Assembly (NCBI GenBank): GCA_951406725.2
Contig: OX597822.1
Span: 26,660,001 to 26,724,000 of the forward strand
Direction of reading: 5' to 3'
Length of the DNA stretch: 64,000 nt
Origin: Octopus vulgaris
Taxonomy: Eukaryota
The notes beneath the pieces were generated by a model. That model made no database searches. It saw nothing but the letters and a program-made list of their open reading frames with translations, and was not told where the DNA came from. Shown in pieces: positions 56,886 to 64,000 of the stretch (the stretch's first letter is position 1; each line of letters starts with the position of its first letter). A program made the translations under genes and the position numbers.

Positions 56886-56990
56886 ACACACACACACACA
56901 CACACACACATTTCACTTTTGTGTTTGGATTGTAAAATTCTTGATGTGAACTTGTGTGTTGATTGAGACATATTTTGTCATTTCTTGGAT

Positions 56991-57312
56991 AAGTCATTAT
57001 GCCAATAATAACAACACACACACACACGGGTTCAATATCACTTCATTATTCATCAATTGGTTAAACATCTAATCAACTAACTAATCACTCGTTTGCTTAG
57101 TGTGCTGGTTAAACAATCAATCGGTTGTTTCATTGCTGTTTGTGACCTTTTCAGTGACTGACTCCCCCTCTCATTCCTACTGACTGATTTTTTAACTAGC
57201 TCATTAAACTAACGATTGGTTATTTAGTTGATTAGTTACTTAATCAATTGACTAACAATAAAGAAGTGGAATTGAACCTGTACATGTGTTATTATTATTG
57301 GTATAATGACTT
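56991..57312. repeat. About 320-bp degenerate palindrome
   Basis: aagtcattatgccaataata...ggttcaat...ctaatcaactaa matches the reverse complement of ttagttgattag...attgaacc...tattattggtataatgactt. Confidence 0.85.
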
Positions 57313-57684
57313 TTTCAAAACACAATAATATATATGTGTGCGTGTGTGTGTGCACAAAAAATATTTTTTCACGTTAAATTATTTATATGACAGTTTTATT
57401 ATAAAAATGTTAATGCTTGTTTTCACAAGGTGTGTTTTACATACACTCACACAAAAGAGGGAGGCAATCACATGTTTTGGGTAAGTTTTCATTTAGAAAA
57501 CAGTTTTTATATTAAAAAAATGCTTTACTAAGTAAATTTTTGTGCATTTTGTACCTAAAAGAGGTTGTGCATTAGCAGGAGAGTTATATTTTACAAAAAC
57601 AGGACCAGTTTTTGTTGTTGTTCAGCTTACCAACATTTAAAGTATGTTTTTGTAATGCATTTTGTGACTGTGTGATTGTATATA

Positions 57685-57729
<45 letters not shown>

Positions 57730-57732
<3 letters not shown>

Positions 57733-58050
57733 AATTAAAGAAAAACCACTATTATGTAATTCAAACAATGATAGACGTAAATCATACTATATAGAAAAAA
57801 TAAAATATGATAAAACATTTACCTAGATCACAATAAAGTACATAATAATAAACAGTATATAATTAATAATTAATATTAATAATATTAATTATTATATAAC
57901 AGTATATAATGTTAATTATATACTGTTTATTATTACGTACTTTATTGTGATCTAGGTAAATGTTTTATCATATATTTCATTTTTTCTATATAGTATGATT
58001 TACATCTATCATTGTTTGAATTATGTAATAATTGTTTTTCTCTAATTTAT
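57730..58050. repeat. About 320-bp near-perfect palindrome with a unique tail at about 58075-58140
   Basis: aattcaaacaatgatag...catttacctagatcacaataaagtac...aaacagtatataatt matches the reverse complement of aattatatactgttt...gtactttattgtgatctaggtaaatg...ctatcattgtttgaatt. Confidence 0.93.
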
Positions 58051-58139
58051 ATATATATATATTTATATATTTATATTGTGAAATTTAATTTTACACTAAA
58101 TTGAATTTTTCCCTGTAAGTTTGGAGTTATACTTGCTAA

Positions 58140-58195
<56 letters not shown>

Positions 58196-58225
58196 ATATA
58201 TGTATATATACACACACACACACAC

Positions 58226-58991
58226 GAGAGACGTTTGCACTGGTATGGTCATGTGGCGAGAATGGATGAAGATAGTTGTGTGAAAAAGTGCCACACCCTA
58301 GCGGTTGAGGGAACCTGTGGAAGAGGCAGACCCAGGAAAACCTGGGACGAGGTGGTGAAGCACGACCTGCGATCTTTAGGTCTCACTGAGGAAATGACTA
58401 GAGACCGAGACCTTTGGAAGTATGCTGTGCGTGAGAAGACCCAGCAGGACAAGTGAGACCATAACCCGCGGCCTCTACACGGGATGTAGCCAGTCCACTT
58501 ATGCATACCTTTCCTTCTTGGGACACAAAACTCTACTTGTGAAGACCTGTTGAGGCAAGTGAGGATCGGAATCGAAATCGATCAACATCAATGGAAATTG
58601 CAGCTGTGATACTAGTGCCGGTGGCACGTAAGAGAACCGTCTGAACGTGGTCATTGCCAGCACCGCGCTGACTGACCTCGTGCCGGTGGCACGTAAAAAG
58701 CACCATTCGTTCGTGGATGTTGCCAGCCTCGCCTGGCCCCCGTGCCGGTGGCATGTAAAAAGCACCATCTGATCGTGGCCGTTTGCCAGACTCGTCTGGC
58801 ACCTGTGCCCGTGGCACGTAAAAAGCACCCACTACACTCACGGAGTGGTTGGCATTAGGAAGGGCATCCAACCGTAGAAACATTGCCAGATCAGACTGGG
58901 CCTGGTGCAGCCTTCTGGCTTCCCAGACCCCAGTTGAACCGTCCAACCCATGCTAGCATGGAAAGCGGATGCTAAACGATGATGATGATGA
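58226..58991 (+). mobile_element. 5'-truncated RTE LINE: ORF2 C-terminus (stop 58456) plus a 3' UTR of about 535 bp ending in (GAT)n
   Basis: ERRLHWYGHVARMDEDSCVKKC...GRGRPRKTWDEVVKHDLRSLGL...DRDLWK, an uninterrupted RTE C-terminus. Confidence 0.92.
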
Positions 58992-59195
58992 TACACACAC
59001 ATACATATATGCATGCATGTATTCAAATGAAGTTTTACTTCAAATTTTTATCATTATTAAAAGTTTTATTCATTTTGAAGTAACCCATCATACCACACTA
59101 CACGAAAATAGTATCATGCTCCACTCTGAGAAACACTGTGGCTATCAAGTCAAAAGCTTGGAATTCAAATTCATGGAAAATGTGTATAAGGGAAG

Positions 59196-59460
59196 ATGAG
59201 TTGCAAGGCTTAGTAGTTAGAGTGTCAGCATCATGATCATAAGATTGTGGTTTCGATTCCTGGACCAGGCGACGTGTTGTGTTCCTGAGCAAATCACTTC
59301 ATTTCACGTTGCTCCAGTCCACTCAGCTGGCAAAAATGAGTAACACTGCGATAGACTGGTGTCCCATCCAGCTGGGGAACGCATACGTCGTAGAAACCGG
59401 GAAGCCAGGCCCATGAGCCTGGCTAGGCTTTAAAAGGGCGTATTTTTATATTTTTTAATT
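59196..59460 (+). mobile_element. SINE head H2 + tail T3 with an 11-bp target-site duplication
   Basis: tataagggaag at 59185-59195 and 59461-59471; tRNA-like boxes (ggcttagtagttagag / ggtttcgattcc). Confidence 0.85.
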
Positions 59461-60796
59461 TATAAGGGAAGGAATGATTGTTAATTTTGTTTTGAATATC
59501 AGAGATTCAACATCTGAAAATAAAAAAAAAAGTATAAAATGTACTTGCAAAAATCTCCAATAAACAATAAGAAATCAGAATTCAATGTTTTATAAATGGT
59601 TTTATGATATTAATGGCATGGCTAAAGAACATGAATATTTTGTAATAGCTGTATTAGTTCACAAAGTCATGAGAACATTGTGTATTCATTGATGAAATCA
59701 TTGTTTACATTATAATGTTTTCACTTTCTGGAAATTTAAAATTGCTGTTTTTCAATTCATTAAGGATGAAAAAGCAATTGTAATTGCAGAGAACATGCAT
59801 GAGTGCATGCACACATGCACATACGCACATGCACATATACACATACACACAAAGTGACAGTCATAATCACATATGTTCTGCATTTAATGGTATAGGTATA
59901 CAGGATACATCCAAATGTCAGTGCATGTTCAGGAATAAATTTTTATTTCATTGAAACATGTAATACATTAGCAAAATTTCAGACATTTTGGTGGGAAAAG
60001 TGTCTTATATTACATGAAATATAGTACATTTTTATTTATATTCTTGAAATGTGATGGGATTTATTTTTATACTCAAAAAGAAAGAGTACTTTTTATAGAT
60101 GTAAACAGACATATTAAATGCAGCTGAAAATCCCTTAAGAAAAAGGGATTAAAAATTAAGTAAAAGTAAGTTTAAAAATGCAAATTTTTTTGCAAATTTT
60201 TGAATTTCTAATATTCAAAACAGAGCACTGTTTATTTTTTTTATGGTGTAATACAAAGTGTTAGAGAAGCTGATGGTAGAAAAAAGAAAAATCCATGCAT
60301 GAATAAGTTCCAAAGTTGTCTCCATTAGTAAATAGTAAATACAAAAAAATTAATGGAATGGGATAAATTACTTTATTGTAAAAGAAAAGGATTATGTCTG
60401 AAAAGTTTGAGTTCTATTTTTCTTGCACTGAAACAATTTCTTCCATTGCAGTAACATTATTTTGTTTTGTTAGAGAGTTTCTTTATTTTGCTTTCATTTC
60501 ATTTGGTTTCATTTCATTTTCTATATTGTTGAAGGAGCCAAAGTTGAACAAACTTTATTGCTGTCAAAGACTCCATCTTCAATTTCATTCCATTGTTGAG
60601 GTTCTTGAATGCATAACACTTAAATTTTTTCATCGTGTTAAAATTACAGTAAAGTTTTTTTTTTCTTTTAAGAAAATCCACATTTAGGGCTTTTCAAGTT
60701 CAGTTGGTTAGAAATCATCCAAAAAGTACTTGATAACATCACTGTACTACTGTTTCTGCTGTTCTTTTATTCCATATCTCCTTTATCTTTCTTACC

Positions 60797-61190
60797 TCTT
60801 TTACTTGTTTCAGTCATTAAACTGTAGCCATGCTGGGGTAACACCTTGAAATATTTTAGCTGAATGAAATGACTTATTAAATTTATTTCTTAAGCCTTGT
60901 ACTTATTCTATGTGTCTCTTTGCTGAACTGTTAAGTTACAGGGACATAAATACACCAACACTGGTTTTCAAGCAATGGTGATGGTCAAACACAGACACAA
61001 AGACACACACACACACACACACACACAATAAACTTTACTTAGTTTCTGTCTACCAAATCCACTCCCAAGAGTTTGGTTGTCCCAAGGCTATAGTAGAAGA
61101 CACTTGGCCAAAGTGCCATGCAGTGGGACTGAACTCAGAGCCATATGGTTGGGAAGCAAACTTCTTACCACACAGCCACACCTCTGCCTA
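60797..61190 (-). mobile_element. SINE family A
   Basis: Matches the reference copy. Confidence 0.8.
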
Positions 61191-62289
61191 TTCTATGCAA
61201 TACTAATAAAAATAATAACTTTGGATACCTTTGGACTTAGCATGCATTGTAAACATTCATATCTTATGGATTTTGCATTTTTATCACCATCCCCTGCAAC
61301 GTTTTTTATTACATCATTAAAAAGAATAGAAGAAAAGAAACATTTCTCTGTTTGAACATCAGAAATTCAAAAATCTTCAAAACATTTTCCATGTTTGAAT
61401 TTTCCTTTTCTTAATGTTCAATTCCATTTTCTTTAGGGATTTTCATCTGCTTTCTATATATTCATTTTATGCCTTTTTACAAATATAAAAAGTACATTTT
61501 CTTTTTGTATATAAATATATTTCATTTGCACTTCATATATGTAAATAAATATATATTGTATATGATGGCATACCAAAAGAATGTCTCAAAAAATCATTCT
61601 CAGTCCTGTATGCAAAGTTGGGCCTACATTACACGTTTTTATATAAATGTTCTCACTTTTCTTTTGATACATAAATTTATAGTTCTTTATAACATTGACT
61701 AATTATGTTGAAGGTTTTGGATTTTTTTCTTTTGATTTAATTCTATAATTAAGACTGTTTGAAGCATAAGATTCAAACTAGTTTCAGTATTTTGAAGACT
61801 TTGATTATCTCTTTGAATCTGTTCCATAGTTAATGTTGTTTAAAGTATAACATTTTTACCTACCTTTGTTATTTTAAACATTTTGATTGTCTTTGATTTT
61901 ATTCCATAGTTAAGGTCATTTAAAACATAACACAGGACCTTGGCAGAATCATTAGAACATCAGACAAAATGCCATGATGTGTTTCTTTCAGCATTTTATA
62001 TTCTGAGTTCAAATCATGCTGAAGTCAACTTTGTCTTTCATCATCTCAGGATTGATGAACTAAAGTACTAGGAAAGTACAGGGATTGGTATAATCAACTG
62101 TTCCCTTTACAGAGATGTGAAAACCTTGTATCCTATATAAGAAAAAGTATGTTAAAGATTTCTGTCTATAGCTCAACATAACATTTGAACTCCTGTTGCA
62201 CAACAAGCAGAAAAATATTATAGATGATGATGATGATGATGATGATAATGATAAAAATAAAAATATTATGTACATTATTTACATTATTT

Positions 62290-62430
62290 ATATTGGATGG
62301 ATATGTGTCTTCATCTTGTTTGTTGCTACCACAGTGTTTCAGCTGATTACTCTTCAGCCTTCATAAGGTGTCCTGATGGAATTTTGAACCCAACCCTGGG
62401 TTCTCATTCCTAAAGTATTTTTGTTGATGT
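62290..62430 (-). mobile_element. Repeat with a decayed minimal hammerhead motif (62329-62372)
   Basis: Minus strand GACAC-CTTATGA-A-GGCTGA(agagtaa)TCAGCT-GAAAC-ACT-GTGG. Same layout as the 2824 and 25415 motifs but with several core substitutions. Confidence 0.45.
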
Positions 62431-62449
62431 TATTATTATTACCTCTGCC

Positions 62450-62496
<47 letters not shown>

Positions 62497-63235
62497 GTTA
62501 TTATTATTATTGTTTTTTATTGTATTTTTGTATTTATATTTGTGTAACATCGTCTGTTTTTCTGTCCTTGTTTCGCATACATTTGTTGCTTTTTTCCAAG
62601 GAATCTAATACTCTTAGCTTAGTTTTTTCCTTGGGGCTGGCCAGATTGGAGCAATCTCAAGATTAATCAGCTGAAATTGCGAGGATGATCCTGTTCTTGA
62701 CTGAAGATAAAAGGCTTCAAATGACCCATCCATGTTTTTTTTGTATTGTCTATATGGATGTCTTGTTGTCCCCTTTTGTATTACCTAGTTGTCCGGATGT
62801 TTTGCGTTCTTGTCCCATTTTGTATTTTATTTTATATATATAGCGACGTATGTACACTTTGTTCTCTTATATATACACACACACATACATATTCTTTGGA
62901 AAACCATGTGCATTTACACATGAATGCCAATGAAAATTCTTTGCAATTTTCTTTAGAAAGAACCTGCTCCTAGTTTCTTGTCCATAAGTCTTTGCATAAC
63001 TGTTGTCTTTAAATGTAGAGTAATGGGGGAAATAAGCTGGATTAAAAAGGGAAAGAGTTGGGGACAGAGGGGGTATGGAAAGAAAACTTTCAAAGTATTT
63101 GTGCTGTAGTTTATTATTGTGAAAAGATCTGTTCCAGTTCTCTCTCTTTCTCTTTCTCTCTCTCTCTCTGATTGATATTATATCACTATTTTACTAAATA
63201 GATTCTTCTTTTTCCCCTTCTTCGCCTTTATCACT

Positions 63236-63305
63236 GTCTTCTTCTTCTTCTTCTTCTTCTTCTTCTTCTTCTTCTTCTTCTTCTTCTTCTTCTTCTTCTT
63301 CTTCT
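63236..63305. repeat. (CTT)n microsatellite
   Basis: Directly visible. Confidence 0.95.
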
Positions 63306-63879
63306 TTCTCTCCTTTTTTTTTTTGCATATTTTGTGACATTTTTTAACATATTTCCTTCTGACCTGTTATTCTTTAGCTTTTTAAATCTAGTTTTCTTTT
63401 TGTTTGAATTTATTCACATTTTTGTAAAAAAAATAATTCGTCTTTATTTTTGCTCATTTATTGACGCTTCCAGCCAAACACCTTCGCACACACACACACA
63501 CACACATACACACACACACACACATACACACACACACATACATACATACATACATAAATGCATTCATTCACACATTTACTTATGTTTTACATTTCCTACA
63601 CTTTATTTCTTTATTATTTTTTAGTAATACATTTTGCATTTACTATTTCAGGCCCTTTTTAAGAATATTTTTATTTATTCATTTCCATATTTATTTATTT
63701 TTCTTCTTTTATGTATTTGATTTTTATTGCATTCTCTTACAGTTTTAGTTTTGCGCCTGTATGTCCATATATATAATGCATATATGCATGCATACATACA
63801 TTTATAAGTATATATAGATGTATTATATATTTGTGTGCATCTAAGTATATGTAAATTCATCTATATATAAATATATATA

Positions 63880-64000
63880 TCTCTCTCTATATAAACGGCA
63901 GTTTGTCTGTGCGTTTTCTGTGTGTCTGTTTTTCTCGTACCCTCACCCTGACCACGGCTTTCAACCGATTCTGATGAAACTTGACACACACATAGCCCAA
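63880..64000 (+). mobile_element. Probable 5' end of a non-autonomous Helitron-type element (runs off the window)
   Basis: A|TC...tatataaacggcag-(tctg-rich)-...ccacggctttcaaccgattctgatgaaacttg, the typical layout of short Helitron/DINE-like repeats. Confidence 0.5.

Noticed and set aside
58616-58830. Repeat-spacer pattern resembling a CRISPR array
   Set aside because: Only 3-4 degenerate units inside an RTE 3' UTR in eukaryotic DNA, present in many dispersed copies, with no cas genes.

Overview
AT-rich, microsatellite-saturated, essentially non-coding eukaryotic DNA. The repeat families look like those of a coleoid cephalopod, most likely Octopus (recognised by eye, not database-checked). 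I found no intact host gene. Almost all ORFs in the track are translations of (TA)n/(CA)n/(TATG)n microsatellites or of SINEs. The window contains: (i) decayed or 5'-truncated non-LTR retrotransposons of CR1/L2-like, RTE and R4/Dong-like type; (ii) at least four tRNA-derived SINE families whose heads and tails are shuffled and whose 3' ends match LINE tails in the same window; (iii) Tc1/mariner-, piggyBac- and Helitron-like non-autonomous DNA elements. The most unusual signal is a set of about 8 small (100-250 bp), mostly mutually unrelated inserts, mostly in or beside (TA)n tracts. Each carries a type-I hammerhead ribozyme core (CUGANGA...GAAAC-short, often palindromic stem III-NUH), and the copy at 53895-53981 has a canonical core. 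Five long foldback palindromes (190-510 bp) occupy the same niche, four with a one-sided unique tail. Together these suggest a microsatellite-targeted, Penelope/retrozyme-like ribozyme retroelement system. All alignments and folds were done by eye; coordinates of degenerate repeats are approximate.
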